A DNA stretch of 64,000 nucleotides from an uncultured Acidobacteriaceae bacterium (GTDB lineage Bacteria > Acidobacteriota > Terriglobia > Terriglobales > Acidobacteriaceae): assembly GCA_963822545.1 (NCBI GenBank), contig CAWGIB010000006.1, forward strand, positions 565,428 to 629,427, given 5' to 3'. The notes beneath the pieces were generated by a model. It saw only the letters and a list, made by a program, of their open reading frames with translations. It was not told where the DNA came from and made no database searches. Below, piece after piece: positions 10,490 through 20,377 of the stretch (positions are counted from its first letter, which is position 1; each line of letters starts with the position of its first letter). The position numbers and the translations under genes were made by a program.

Positions 10490-10780
10490 ATGGCAAAGCA
10501 GGAGAAACGATCCGAGGCACCAGTCTCGAAGTACCGCAAGGTAACCGTTTCATCTCTCGAACGCGGCCGTCGGGGAAAACATCACGAGATTGTCCAAGGC
10601 ATCCTGAAGGAATTGGAGGCGGCGGAGCCAAACTCCGCTCTCGAAATACCTTTGGATGATGTCGGCGGCATCGGACTGGCGAATTTGCGCTCCGCCGTAC
10701 ACCGTGGAGCCAGTTCGTCCGGAATCGCGATTGAAACGCTCGCGGATGACAAGAACTTTTACGTTTGGAAGGCGAGCTGA
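10490..10780 (+). CDS. hypothetical protein
   Basis: MAKQEKRSEAPVSKYRKVTVSSLERGRRGKHHEIVQGILKELEAAEP... A GGGGAG SD-like sequence lies upstream and a consensus promoter at 10435. No family recognised. Confidence 0.5.
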   Translation: MAKQEKRSEAPVSKYRKVTVSSLERGRRGKHHEIVQGILKELEAAEPNSALEIPLDDVGGIGLANLRSAVHRGASSSGIAIETLADDKNFYVWKAS

Positions 10781-11193
10781 GCAACTCGCCTCATGCCAGG
10801 TTGCGCGTGCTCTCTCGGCAACAAGCGGCCCTGCCCTGCTACATCGCCGTAGAAATGGTGAATGGAGTGGTCAAGGCGATACCCTGCCGGCGCGCCGTCG
10901 ACCGCGACCCTCTGAATCTTCAGTCGAAGGCCGTTGTCTTCGGTATATCCTGGCCCAAAATCACGGTCCCATCGATCGTCATCCCCAATTGGAATTTCGC
11001 AACGCAGCCCGAAGTTAGGATCCGGGCTTGCAGGAATGACCAGGGTTTCGTCCACCGACAAAGAAGAGCCGGAATTGACGACAACTTTTGCCGTCAGGCT
11101 GGTGACGTGCCACACCGGACCCGTAGCCGAGGCGCTGCCCGCCACCGAAAAAAGGGCGAGTACCGTCAGTCGTAAGCAGCGCCTGAAATTCAT
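10759..11193 (-). CDS. hypothetical secreted protein
   Basis: Signal peptide MNFRRCLRLTVLALFSVAGSASA. The 3' end overlaps the convergent gene by 22 nt. Possibly an N-terminal remnant of a larger protein. Confidence 0.45.
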   Translation of the reverse strand: MNFRRCLRLTVLALFSVAGSASATGPVWHVTSLTAKVVVNSGSSLSVDETLVIPASPDPNFGLRCEIPIGDDDRWDRDFGPGYTEDNGLRLKIQRVAVDGAPAGYRLDHSIHHFYGDVAGQGRLLPREHAQPGMRRVAQLAFQT

Positions 11194-11303
11194 GTTCTAT
11201 GAATTCTGCACCGCAGCCGAAACTAACGATACTGCCAGCAGCCTACCACCGAACCGAAGGTAACCCCTCGCACCCCATTGAATGCGGAAGAGTTATAGGA
11301 GTT

Positions 11304-11675
11304 TTATTTCTTGGCCGTGACCTTGCCCGAGATCTTGTCGTACTCCGCCCCCGGCATGATGTGCCGCGTCACCAGTTCTCCCGGATCGCTATACGGCCGT
11401 CCCGCGATCACGCGGTCTGCTTGCGCCGCACTCACACCGGGCAACGTCATCAGCTGACTCTTGGAGGCAGAATTCAGGTCCAGCAACTTGTTGTCATTGC
11501 GGCTCAAGCCCTCGCGAATACCTTCGGCCACCGCTTTCGCGTCGCTTTTGGCCTCGGCCGTCGCCTGCGCCGTCTTTTCCTTCAGTTCTTCTGGACTCTG
11601 CTGTTGTTGCGTACATCCCACCAAACCAACCAGCAGCAAAATTGCGGGAATACATCCATGCCTGACGATTTTCAT
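11304..11675 (-). CDS. ComEA-like helix-hairpin-helix DNA-binding lipoprotein
   Basis: Lipobox LLLVGLVGC. HhH motif LDLNSASKSQLMTLPGVSAAQADRVIAGRPY. Confidence 0.7.
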   Translation of the reverse strand: MKIVRHGCIPAILLLVGLVGCTQQQQSPEELKEKTAQATAEAKSDAKAVAEGIREGLSRNDNKLLDLNSASKSQLMTLPGVSAAQADRVIAGRPYSDPGELVTRHIMPGAEYDKISGKVTAKK

Positions 11676-11825
11676 TTTGGTCGCTTCTTTCCGCTCGTTG
11701 GATGCTTCACCACCCGCTCTGGTTAGCTTCTAGCCAGGATGAACGCGCAGATAAAAAACGCGCCTCGGTGTTGGGTTGGCGTATCGCTTTTCAGGATGCC
11801 TCGGTTTTGGGGAGACTTAGCGATT

Positions 11826-11938
11826 TTTTTTGGGATGGCGCAGTGGTTTTGGGATGGCGCAGCGGATTTGGGTGGCGCAGCGATTCAACGCTGCGATTAT
11901 ACAGCTACAAAACCCAACGGATTTAGCCGCTGAGGTCG
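11826..11938 (-). repeat. REP-like dispersed repeat, copy C (inverted orientation)
   Basis: The reverse complement reads GACCTCAGCGGCTAAATCCG...TCGCAGCGTTGAATCGCTGCGCCACCCAAA...GCTGCGCCATCCCAAAA. It matches copies at 42541-42670 and 44590-44712. Confidence 0.7.
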
Positions 11939-12371
11939 GCCGTCCAGCGAGATTCGGCTCGAATCTGTGAAGTTAAGCTTTCGTTTGGTTACTTCGACCT
12001 GCTCTCTTGCGTCCCTGCGAGGCCGCACCACCCTCGAGGATCTCGAGGTTTGGAAGACCTTCCCACTCCCCGCTTCTTTCGGAAACCGCCCGCACGACTA
12101 CGACTAGACTGGAGGTTGCGCTTTGTCGCGCCTGATTCCAGATTCGCCGCCGCTGCACAACAATAGGATTACGCCAGATAATTGCCGGACTTGCCATGAA
12201 AACTCCTTATGAATAATTACTTCAAGGAGTATGGCTCGCAATTTCGATTGCTCCCGTGGGAGTGATCACGTCAAGAGGTGACGGCGATCACACCAGAACA
12301 GAGAATGCAGATTCAAACCGGCGGAACGAGCTGCCGCTTGAGTTCATACACTTTGTCTTCATTCGGAATGC

Positions 12372-13130
12372 TTACGCTGGCGTCAGCCCGTACTTTTCCT
12401 GTAGACGATGTTCCATCGTCCGGAACACCAGTCCATCCACCATGTAGCCCAGAATAATAATCAGGATCATCACTGCCAGCACCTGATTCATGTCGCTCAA
12501 ATCGCGCCCCATCATGAGCAACTGTCCAAGCCCAAGGCTCAGGAAAATCATCTCCGCCTGAATCAGCGAGCGCCATGCGAATGCCCATCCCTGCTTCATT
12601 CCGTTCACGATGAATGGCAGGCTCGCCGGCAGCAGTACCGACCAGAACAATCTGAAACCGCTCGCTCCCAGATTCCGTCCGGCCATCCCGTAAATCTTCG
12701 GCATCTGCTTGCGCCCGTCTTCCATGGCGATCGTCACCGAGAGCAGCGATCCCATCAAGACGACAAATAAAATTGCCTTCTCCGTCAGGCCGAACCAGAG
12801 CACTGCCAGCGGAATCCAGCAAATACTCGGCAGCGACTGCAGGCTCACCAGCAACCCGCCCAATGTCTCTTCCAGAAATTTGCTGCTCGACACACCCAGT
12901 CCCAAAATCATTCCTAGCACGACCGACAAGCTGTAGCCGATCAGCATGCGCTTCATGGTTACCGCAATCCCGATCCAGAAACTGTGGTCGGCGAAGCCAT
13001 CCCACAATGCGTGGCCTACGCCCCACGGTGGCGGGAAAAGATACGGGGGCCAAAGGTGCAATTTTGCGAGGAGTGTCCAGAGCCCAAGTAGCGCGGAATA
13101 GAAAATAACCTGCCTAGCGAGCTTTTTCAT
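12372..13130 (-). CDS. ABC transporter permease (nitrate/sulfonate/taurine NitT/TauT family)
   Basis: Six-TM BPD-type permease. Contains MAGRNLGASGFRLFWSVLLPASLPFIVNGMKQGWAFAWRSLIQAEM (EAA-loop region). Likely start is MKKLARQ at 13130. Confidence 0.85.
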   Translation of the reverse strand: MKKLARQVIFYSALLGLWTLLAKLHLWPPYLFPPPWGVGHALWDGFADHSFWIGIAVTMKRMLIGYSLSVVLGMILGLGVSSSKFLEETLGGLLVSLQSLPSICWIPLAVLWFGLTEKAILFVVLMGSLLSVTIAMEDGRKQMPKIYGMAGRNLGASGFRLFWSVLLPASLPFIVNGMKQGWAFAWRSLIQAEMIFLSLGLGQLLMMGRDLSDMNQVLAVMILIIILGYMVDGLVFRTMEHRLQEKYGLTPA

Positions 13131-14046
13131 CGGCGTACTCCACTTCCAGGCTCTTGTTGATCTCTTCCCGCAAACAATCCAGGACCTCTCGCGCTTTTCT
13201 CGATACATCCGGATGCTCCATGTGGCGCGGCCGCGGCAGGTTCACCGTAAATTCGTGCTTCACTCGTCCCGGACGAAACGTCATCAATGCCACGCGATCG
13301 CCTAACCGTGCCGCCTCCCGCACGTTGTGCGTTACGAAAATGATGGTGCAGCCAGTCTGCGCCCAGATGCGCTCCAGTTCATCATGCAGCAGATCGCGCG
13401 TCTGCGCGTCCAGCGCCGCAAACGGTTCATCCATGAGAAGCACATCGGGTTCGGTGGCAAGCGCTCGAGCCAGCGCTACCCTTTGCCTCATTCCACCTGA
13501 AAGTTGATGGATGTAGCTGTTCCGGAACTTTGATAATTGCACCAGGCGCAAGTAGTGCTGCACCTTCTCTTCGCGCTCGGCCTTCGGCACATTCTTCATC
13601 TTCATGCCGAACTCAACGTTGCCCCCTACCGTCAGCCACGGAAACAGCCCGAGTTCCTGAAAAATTAAGATGCGGTCGGTTCCCGGGCCTGCTACCGGTT
13701 TTCCATCGATCAGCACTCGTCCGGAAGTTTGCGGATGCAGCCCCGCGATCAGGTGCAACAGGGTCGACTTGCCACATCCTGACGGCCCAACAATGCAAAG
13801 AAACTCGCCCGGCTTTACCTCCAGGCTGATCTTATCGAGCGCCAACAGACGCTCACCCGAAGTCGTTTTGTAGCTCAGGGAAATTTCATCCAACGCGACT
13901 TTCGGAATAACAGATTGCTCGACCAAGGACGCCGGAAACGTCACGACTGATACGGGCGGTTTCCCATGAAAAACTTGTGATCGCCCAGTCGTCCCATGAA
14001 CTGGCGGAACTGCTGGTGAAAATGCGTTGCGCGGACTCGTACTCAT
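13114..14046 (-). CDS. ABC transporter ATP-binding protein (SsuB/TauB-like)
   Basis: Walker A GPSGCGKST, signature LSGGMRQRVALARAL, Walker B LLMDEPFAALD. The start overlaps the upstream stop as ATGA. Confidence 0.9.
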   Translation of the reverse strand: MSTSPRNAFSPAVPPVHGTTGRSQVFHGKPPVSVVTFPASLVEQSVIPKVALDEISLSYKTTSGERLLALDKISLEVKPGEFLCIVGPSGCGKSTLLHLIAGLHPQTSGRVLIDGKPVAGPGTDRILIFQELGLFPWLTVGGNVEFGMKMKNVPKAEREEKVQHYLRLVQLSKFRNSYIHQLSGGMRQRVALARALATEPDVLLMDEPFAALDAQTRDLLHDELERIWAQTGCTIIFVTHNVREAARLGDRVALMTFRPGRVKHEFTVNLPRPRHMEHPDVSRKAREVLDCLREEINKSLEVEYADEKAR

Positions 14047-15060
14047 TGAATCGCCTTCTTCCCTTTTTCGTTCAATACTTCGTTCAACAACGAAAGGTCG
14101 TACAGACTTGAAAGATCTGGCATCTGCCGTCCCAGAAAACCCGCGTCAAAGGCGGACTTCGCCGCATTCATCAGCGACGCTCTCAACGGGTCGTACGTCG
14201 CCTTCATCCGCCCGAACGACTCGTCCAGAACTGCGTCCGGAAGGGCTTTTCCCGTCTCAGACGCAATCTGCTGGTTGATCAGCTTCTTCGCTTCCGGCAG
14301 ATGTCCGTTGATCCAATCTGTCAATTCCACATGCGCGCGAATCCAGTTCTTCACCAGATCCGGATGGTCTTTCAGAAATTGCGTTCGTACGATTAGGTGC
14401 GCGGTAATGAAATCGCCATTCGGCCAAAGCGACCGCTCATCGAGGAACAATCGCCCGTTCCCTTCTTTGATCAGCCGGGTCGCCCACGGTTCGGGAGCCC
14501 ACGCCGCATCCAATTCGCCCTTCAGGAAAAGCGTCAACTGGTCCGGATTCGCCAGCGGAATTACCTGCACATCTCCGCCCTTATCCCTCGACTTCATTCC
14601 ATGCGCAATCAACCACGCCCGTAACGCCACGTCTTGCGTGTTGCCCATCTGCGGCGATGCAACTTTCTTTCCGTGAAAATCTTCCGGCTTCTGAATGCCG
14701 GAATCGTTGCGCACGACCAAGCGCCGCTCCGCCGCTCGTCGCTCCTGCCACGATGCGCAGCGCTTCCCCATTCGATCGGACGTATCCCGAGATCGCTGGA
14801 TTCGGGCCGATATACGTCATGTCGATGGCCCCCGCAAACAAGGCTTCAATCGCCGAAGGTCCGGCATTGAAGCTCTTCCATTCGATCTTTACCTGTGGGC
14901 CCATCGCCTTCTCGAACCAGTGGTTGCTCTTCCCCACCATCGCCTGCGGATGCGTAATATTTGGAAACGCGCCGACGCGAACTACGTTTTCGCCCGCCGC
15001 CACCAGGCATGAACCGAGCAGCGCGAACGTTAAAACGATTGCGCTTGAGAACTTAGTCAT
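14043..15060 (-). pseudogene. ABC substrate-binding protein (SsuA/NrtA-like), 1 frameshift near 14727
   Basis: The N-terminal ORF 14581-15060 has a signal peptide and VRVGAFPNITHPQAMV. It continues in ORF 14043-14771 (LVVRNDSGIQKPEDFHGKKVASPQMGNTQDVALRAWL). The frames join if one G of a GG pair is removed. Confidence 0.8.
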
Positions 15061-15563
15061 GAAAGCGTTTGCCCCGCCGATGGAACTGCCATGGCCAGAA
15101 CATTCACTTCGGTCTTTTTGCGCTTTCCCGCCTTTGATCTTGCGGAACTCGCCGGGCCACTTGAGACCAGGTCCTCCAGCGTCGTCCCTTCCAGAATCTT
15201 GGCTGCTGCATCCCGAACGTCGAGAAAGACTTTGTACAGTGCGCGCCGGTCATCATGCCGATCGATCAGCGAACGCAATTGATCCGCGTCCCCAAATGGC
15301 GCGAGTGGCCCGTCAATCAGTCGGATGATTTCGCTCAACCGGATCTCCGATGGTGCTCGTCGCAGCTGGTATCCCCCTTTGGCGCCCCGAGCGCTTTCCA
15401 CGATTCGCGCATTTTTTAATTCCAGAAGAATGAGTTCCAGAAACTTTTCCGGCAGGTTCTCTTCATAGGCGATATCGCGAATGCGAATAGCGCCTTCCCG
15501 ATGGTGACGCGTCAGCATCATCAGCGCCTGTAGTGCATAGAGTCCTTTTTGTGAAACCTTCAC
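15057..15563 (-). CDS. Rrf2 family transcriptional regulator
   Basis: (V)KVSQKGLYALQALMMLTRH...IRIRDIAYEENLPEKFLELILLELKNARIVESARGAKGGYQL. ATGA overlap with the downstream binding-protein gene. GGGAGGGG SD present. Confidence 0.9.
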   Translation of the reverse strand: MKVSQKGLYALQALMMLTRHHREGAIRIRDIAYEENLPEKFLELILLELKNARIVESARGAKGGYQLRRAPSEIRLSEIIRLIDGPLAPFGDADQLRSLIDRHDDRRALYKVFLDVRDAAAKILEGTTLEDLVSSGPASSARSKAGKRKKTEVNVLAMAVPSAGQTLS

Positions 15564-15586
15564 GGTCCCCTCCCACTCCCACTATC

Positions 15587-15610
15587 CCTATCGCTCCGAT
15601 AGGCATTATA
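15587..15610 (-). promoter_or_regulatory. putative -10 box plus perfect palindrome (candidate Rrf2 operator)
   Basis: On the minus strand, TATAAT (15605-15610) is followed immediately by CCTATCG-GAG-CGATAGG (15587-15603). This lies 24 nt upstream of the Rrf2 start. Confidence 0.4.
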
Positions 15611-15781
15611 GAAAAGCACGTCTTTTGCCAAAACAATTATTTCTTGTGATTCATCAGTTCGTAGTGTTTTGTTGGAGTTACGGCTTGCGCCGCAGGTCGC
15701 GAAACTGGTTCATGTGCAAGGACTTGCACTTAAGGAACGTTTGTCGGGCACGAAACCCGCACTTGCAGAAGGATTACGCGC

Positions 15782-16540
15782 CTACTGCAACCGCACAATG
15801 TTGACCGTAATATTGTCCGGTCCGCCACGCTTCCGGGCCAGCGCGATCAGGTCGCGGCCGGCACTTTCAGCACTATGCTTATCCACCGCAGTCAGTATCT
15901 CTTCGTCATGCACCAATCCCCACAATCCATCACTGCAGATGACCAGCACATCTTCCGCCCGCAGCGGCTCCGGATGCCCAGGAGAATCCATAATCAGCTC
16001 GGGATTCGTTCCCAGCGCTGCGGTAAGAATATTCCGCTGCGGATGTATCTCCGCCTCGGCACGGCTGATCATGCCGGCTTCCACCAGCCGTCCAACATAG
16101 GAGTGATCGCGCGTTACCTGGGAAATCTGGCCGTCCCGTATCAGGTAAAGCCGCGTGTCTCCCACGTGCACGAAATAAAGAGCGTCGTGGACAATCGCTG
16201 CCGCCGTACAAGTCGTTCCCATCCCGCGCAGCGCAGGATGCGCGAAGCCATAGTTCCGGATCTCGTCGTGCGCGGCCTGCAAACCCTCGATCAAGGCCTG
16301 TTGCGGATCCTCTCCCTGGAAGTTGCGGTAAGTGTCGACCAGCGTGTCGACCGCGATCCGGCTGGCTTCCTGACCGCCTTCGTAGCCTCCCATTCCGTCC
16401 GCGACCACGGCGAGGCGTCCCTTGCGCGCAAACTGCGAGTCCTCTTCGGGCTCCCAATAGCCAAAGAAATCTTCGTTATTTTTTCGCAGGCAGCCGATAT
16501 CGGATTGCGCCGATACCTCGATCCCGGCGCGAACTTTCAT
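15782..16540 (-). CDS. PP2C-family Ser/Thr protein phosphatase
   Basis: Motifs NEDFFG, AVVADGMGGYEGGQEAS, VHVGDTRLY, ICSDGLW, GGPDNITV. Confidence 0.9.
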   Translation of the reverse strand: MKVRAGIEVSAQSDIGCLRKNNEDFFGYWEPEEDSQFARKGRLAVVADGMGGYEGGQEASRIAVDTLVDTYRNFQGEDPQQALIEGLQAAHDEIRNYGFAHPALRGMGTTCTAAAIVHDALYFVHVGDTRLYLIRDGQISQVTRDHSYVGRLVEAGMISRAEAEIHPQRNILTAALGTNPELIMDSPGHPEPLRAEDVLVICSDGLWGLVHDEEILTAVDKHSAESAGRDLIALARKRGGPDNITVNIVRLQ

Positions 16541-16743
16541 CCCTGCTCCGCTAGCGTTGCGGCCATTGAAACCATCGGCAGTTTTTCGGGTTGCAGCAAA
16601 ACCTAAGAATTATACGGGTTTCGGGGCTGAGGCTCCAAGCCAGAGGGTAGTCTATGCAGCCCCACAGACCGCCTTTGCAAGCGGGATCTCAGACTTGTGG
16701 GTCGTACTTCTGCAATCTGCAGTCTTCGATCCTCGATCCAATC

Positions 16744-16781
16744 CAAAATCAAAACGGGGACAGCTGTGTCCAGCCGTCCCC
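16744..16781 (-). terminator. rho-independent terminator after the 16806-17381 gene
   Basis: The minus strand reads GGGGACGGCTGGACACAGCTGTCCCC followed by GTTTTGATTTTG. It starts 25 nt after the stop codon. Confidence 0.6.
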
Positions 16782-16805
16782 GCGTGAAATCAACTCTTCT
16801 GAGAT

Positions 16806-17381
16806 CTACGTAGTGCTAGGGCCACACTGCGAGTTTGGATTGCTGAATTGGTCGTAAATGCCTGCGGCCGACGCAATCGGCATATAGATCGGCTGAGAGG
16901 TAACGCCTCCAAAACTTACCGTCACAATGTAATCGCCCGAATAAAACCATGCGGCAGTCGGCGATGGATCGACAGCCAGGTTGACCCACGAACATGTCGC
17001 GGGTTCCACGGCGGTGATCAAACCGGTGGCGTTATATTGCAACGTCCCCTGTGACGGATCCGAACACGGAGCGACACAAGGAGGCAGCAAAGCTGCTCCA
17101 TTTTGATCGACGCCATGAGCAGGATCTACTACTACGTGATAGGTGACCTCGTTCGTCAGGTCCTTCGTTTTAGTGCTGCCATATGTCCCGATCGCCTGCA
17201 ACTGGATCGTTCCACCATTGCCCTCCAAGGTGACGAATCCACCCTGCGCCGTTGGAGGAACTCCGTTAATCAATTTGGCGTTGAGCTGAATCGACTGCAG
17301 GTTATTGCTTCCACCGCAGCCTGCAAGTACTAGAACCAGGAGAGCGCATGAGAGCGCTACAAAGATGTTTGTCCGTTTCAC
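16806..17381 (-). CDS. lipoprotein with Ig-like (Big_2-like) region
   Basis: Lipobox VLVLAGCGG. Contains LQLQAIGTYGSTKTKDLTNEVTYHV, resembling a bacterial Ig-like fold. Confidence 0.6.
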   Translation of the reverse strand: MKRTNIFVALSCALLVLVLAGCGGSNNLQSIQLNAKLINGVPPTAQGGFVTLEGNGGTIQLQAIGTYGSTKTKDLTNEVTYHVVVDPAHGVDQNGAALLPPCVAPCSDPSQGTLQYNATGLITAVEPATCSWVNLAVDPSPTAAWFYSGDYIVTVSFGGVTSQPIYMPIASAAGIYDQFSNPNSQCGPSTT

Positions 17382-17592
17382 CGCGGATTACCTCCCAAAG
17401 GAAATCTCCTGCATCGTCGCAGCATCCGTCACATCGGACAAGGTAACCAAAGTCATTGAACTCCAAGCCAAGTTCATCCCTGCGGATCGCCGTGATTTAC
17501 CGCGTTTTCCGGGCGCTTTACCGTATTTCTTAAGCAGAATTCTCCGCACTCGCTTTCCCAATTCGCTCTGAACTTCTACAATCGAGCGAGCG

Positions 17593-18351
17593 ATGGCTGA
17601 TCCAATTCACGATCCCGTTCACGATCCACTGTCAGATCCGAAGCCCGATCCAGCATCCGTTTCAAAGCCCGATCCCGCGCTCGTTTCGAGGCCTGATCCA
17701 ACGCTCGAGCCGAACGTCGATCCCGCCACCGTCTCTTCGAATGTCCCTGCAGTAGTTGCTCCAATCCCGCCTTCAAATGTTCCTGCGAATGTTGGTGGAA
17801 ATGTTGCTGCGCTAAAGCCCCAGATCACAGAGTTCAACATTGGCGAGGAGTTTGGCACCGCGAAGCGCAATCTTCCTCCAGCAGGAATCGTGCTGATCTG
17901 CATTGTTGTGGTCGCAATTGTGGTCGGAATTTTTGCGTTTAAGGGGAGGGCTCGGCCGCAAGGTTCTGGTTCTATTGATTTTGTTTCGGCGGTGGAAGTG
18001 CCGAACCAGAATATGAGTCTGGTTGCGATTACGGTCAAGCTGCACAACACCGCTGAAAAGCCGCTCTGGATAAGGACTTTGAAGGCTCAGCTGCAGACTT
18101 CGGACGGCAAAGATTATGAAGATGAGGCTGCATCGGCGGTCGATCTGGACCGTTATTACCAGAATTTTCCCGCGTTGAAAGAGAGTTCGGAAGCGGCGAT
18201 TCCTCCAGAGACAAAAATTCCTGGGGGAGAGTCCCGGAAGGGGACAATCATGGTGAGCTATCCGATCAGCAAAGAGGCATTCGACCAGCGAAAATCTCTC
18301 GCGGTCACGATTCAGCCCTACGATCAACCGCTGCCGATTGTGCTGAAGTAG
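17593..18351 (+). CDS. single-pass membrane protein with N-terminal Asp-Pro repeat region
   Basis: N-terminus DPIHDPVHDPLSDPKPDPASVSKPDPALVSRPDPTLEPNVDP. TM segment AGIVLICIVVVAIVVGIFAF. The C-terminal beta-rich domain is possibly DUF4352-like. Confidence 0.6.
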   Translation: MADPIHDPVHDPLSDPKPDPASVSKPDPALVSRPDPTLEPNVDPATVSSNVPAVVAPIPPSNVPANVGGNVAALKPQITEFNIGEEFGTAKRNLPPAGIVLICIVVVAIVVGIFAFKGRARPQGSGSIDFVSAVEVPNQNMSLVAITVKLHNTAEKPLWIRTLKAQLQTSDGKDYEDEAASAVDLDRYYQNFPALKESSEAAIPPETKIPGGESRKGTIMVSYPISKEAFDQRKSLAVTIQPYDQPLPIVLK

Positions 18352-18700
18352 GCGGCCCCGCCAACGTTAACTGATTACCATTAGGAGCGACCCGTCCCTG
18401 GTTGTTCTTTACCTGGTTTGCACCAGAACCGGTGCACAAATAAATCCAAAATTGCACCGAAAACTGTGCAAAAGTCGGTGAACAACGGAGAAATGCATTC
18501 CGTACTTTGCCGATTTTAGATGTCAAAGAGCGCTGACAAAATGTGGTGCCAGCGACAGCTTTCGGGGTCCGCTCTTAATGACTTTTGGGAGACGGACACA
18601 CCTCGGGCATGCCACAGGTCAGACCACTATTTTTTCGCGGGAGGGTCGTTACGTCTGTGCGGTTGGTCACTGGGTGCTTGTGATGTTCTCGGTCAGGCAG

Positions 18701-18748
18701 GTTTCAAAGTTTCAAGGTTGCAACGTTTCAAAGTTTCAGGGTTGCCAG
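18701..18748. repeat. tandem 24-bp repeat of the GTTTCAAGG family
   Basis: GTTTCAAAGTTTCAAGGTTGCAAC / GTTTCAAAGTTTCAGGGTTGCCAG. The same core recurs at 39810-39862 in reverse orientation. Confidence 0.7.
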
Positions 18749-19072
18749 GTCAAATTTTAGATTTTCAACGTCCGGGCTTTGCGACCCTAAACGCTCGGGA
18801 AGGTTATTGGCGACGATGACAGCGAGGACTTCGTGCCACGGGATCATGAGGGCGGGGCGTTCGGCGGGGGCGTTGGGGAGATCGATATCAGTATCGAGTT
18901 CGATCCAGAGGCCGCGTAGGTCGGAGTCGTCGAGGACGCGGGCGAGGAGGGTGTGACTGTCGTCAGCGGTCTCCGCTGAAGGGCGATCGCCGAGGAACAT
19001 TTGAATGGCCTGCAAGTTGGCCCAGGACTTTCTGACAACCACCGCAGTCAAGGCATTCATCTTGAGCCGCAT
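18728..19072 (-). CDS. hypothetical protein (weak call)
   Basis: An ORF of 114 aa with no recognisable motifs. Its 3' end runs into the tandem repeat. Confidence 0.3.
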   Translation of the reverse strand: MRLKMNALTAVVVRKSWANLQAIQMFLGDRPSAETADDSHTLLARVLDDSDLRGLWIELDTDIDLPNAPAERPALMIPWHEVLAVIVANNLPERLGSQSPDVENLKFDLATLKL

Positions 19073-19433
19073 GGATCAAGGCTACTGGCGGGTAGCGGAG
19101 CGGGCGGTGACTTGGATCACGGGCGGGGGTGAGCGCGGGAGCACGATAGTTTGGTTGGGGTTGTTACCAGCTCCCATGTCAGGCACTTATTTCCGCGCGA
19201 AACAGCCGCATTAGTTCGTCGGCAAAGTCTTTTTCGGCCTTCCAGCCAGCCATCAATGTTTCCGGTGCCCATAGGAGGCTCCGACTTCCCAGTACCAATC
19301 AGGGTCGATGAGTGACCCGGCGATTTCGCACTCGTCGCGCTTGTCGTAGCGAGCCAACTGGAATCAGTGAACAGAAATCAGGGATCGCAAAATTCACGCT
19401 TGACATTGCCGGATAATCCACTACCATACGGTT

Positions 19434-19772
19434 GTGGATAAATTAGGTACGACGTTTGCGGCCTTGTCGGACCCAACCCGGCGGGCAATGATCGAGCGGC
19501 TCTCCCATGGGCCTGCCTCCGTGCATGGATTGACGGAACCGTTTGCACTTTCGCAGCAGATGATTTCAAAACATATTGCCTACCTGGTGCGGGCGCGGAT
19601 TGTGATCAAGACGAAGCGTGGGCGAGAGAGTGTGTGCACGCTCAGGCCAGCGGCGATCAAGAAGGTCAGCGACTGGGCGATTAGCTATCGCCGGTTCTGG
19701 GAAGAGAGTTTCGACAAGCTGGATGTAGTTCTGAAAGAAATGAAACGAACGGAGGTCAGAGATGACAAATAA
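19434..19772 (+). CDS. ArsR/SmtB family transcriptional regulator
   Basis: FAALSDPTRRAMIERLSHGPASVHGLTEPFALSQQMISKHIAYLVRARIV is an HTH_20-type motif. Confidence 0.85.
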   Translation: MDKLGTTFAALSDPTRRAMIERLSHGPASVHGLTEPFALSQQMISKHIAYLVRARIVIKTKRGRESVCTLRPAAIKKVSDWAISYRRFWEESFDKLDVVLKEMKRTEVRDDK

Positions 19773-20271
19773 CACGGTGAACGAGACAGAGCGGATGGTT
19801 GTGACAAGAGTTTTTGATGCCCCACGCGAACTGGTTTGGAAGGCGTGGACAGACCCGAAGTACGTGATGCAGTGGTGGGGGCCGAAGGGCTTTACTGCGC
19901 CCGTTTGCAAAATGGATTTTCGCGTGGGGGGGAAATCCCTCTTCTGCATGAAGACGCCGGATGGGCAGGAGTTCTGGAATGCGGTTGAATACCACGAGAT
20001 TGTTCCCCAGGAAAAGATCGTTTCCTTGATGTACTTTTCGGACTCGAAGGGAAACAAGATCGATCCCGCGCAATTAGGAATAGAACATGAGGCCATCGAC
20101 GGTGCGTACGACGTGACGATCTTTGAGGATCTCGGAAACGGCCGGACCAAACTCACCTTCATTGGAAATGAACCCATGGAGAGCGCGAAAAATAGCGGTC
20201 AAATGGAGGGCTGGAACCAGATACTCGATAAAGTTGCTGAGGTTGTTACGAAGCTAGCGCAGGCGAAATAA
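19762..20271 (+). CDS. SRPBCC/AHSA1 (Activator of Hsp90 ATPase homolog 1-like) protein
   Basis: VVTRVFDAPRELVWKAWTDPKYVMQWWGPKGFT. Overlaps the arsR stop by 11 nt, the classic ArsR-AHSA1 pairing. Confidence 0.85.
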   Translation: MTNNTVNETERMVVTRVFDAPRELVWKAWTDPKYVMQWWGPKGFTAPVCKMDFRVGGKSLFCMKTPDGQEFWNAVEYHEIVPQEKIVSLMYFSDSKGNKIDPAQLGIEHEAIDGAYDVTIFEDLGNGRTKLTFIGNEPMESAKNSGQMEGWNQILDKVAEVVTKLAQAK

Positions 20272-20311
20272 GAAGTCGGAGTTGTTCAGGGGTAGTCCAG
20301 CGGCGGAGAGA

Positions 20312-20347
20312 CCCACACATCACAAAGTGCGTGATGTGTGGGGCACC
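20312..20347 (+). repeat. GGGGCACC-hairpin family, copy 1
   Basis: CCCACACATCAC-aaagtgc-GTGATGTGTGGG followed by GCACC. Confidence 0.7.
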
Positions 20348-20377
20348 GGCAAAGAGGGCACCCGCAGGAGCGACAAA

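Noticed and set aside
19073-19433. Possible small toxin/antitoxin-like ORFs on the minus strand (for example MAGWKAEKDFADELMRLFRAEISA)
   Set aside because: These are only short fragments in different frames, with no recognisable family and no clear SD. The evidence is insufficient to call a gene.
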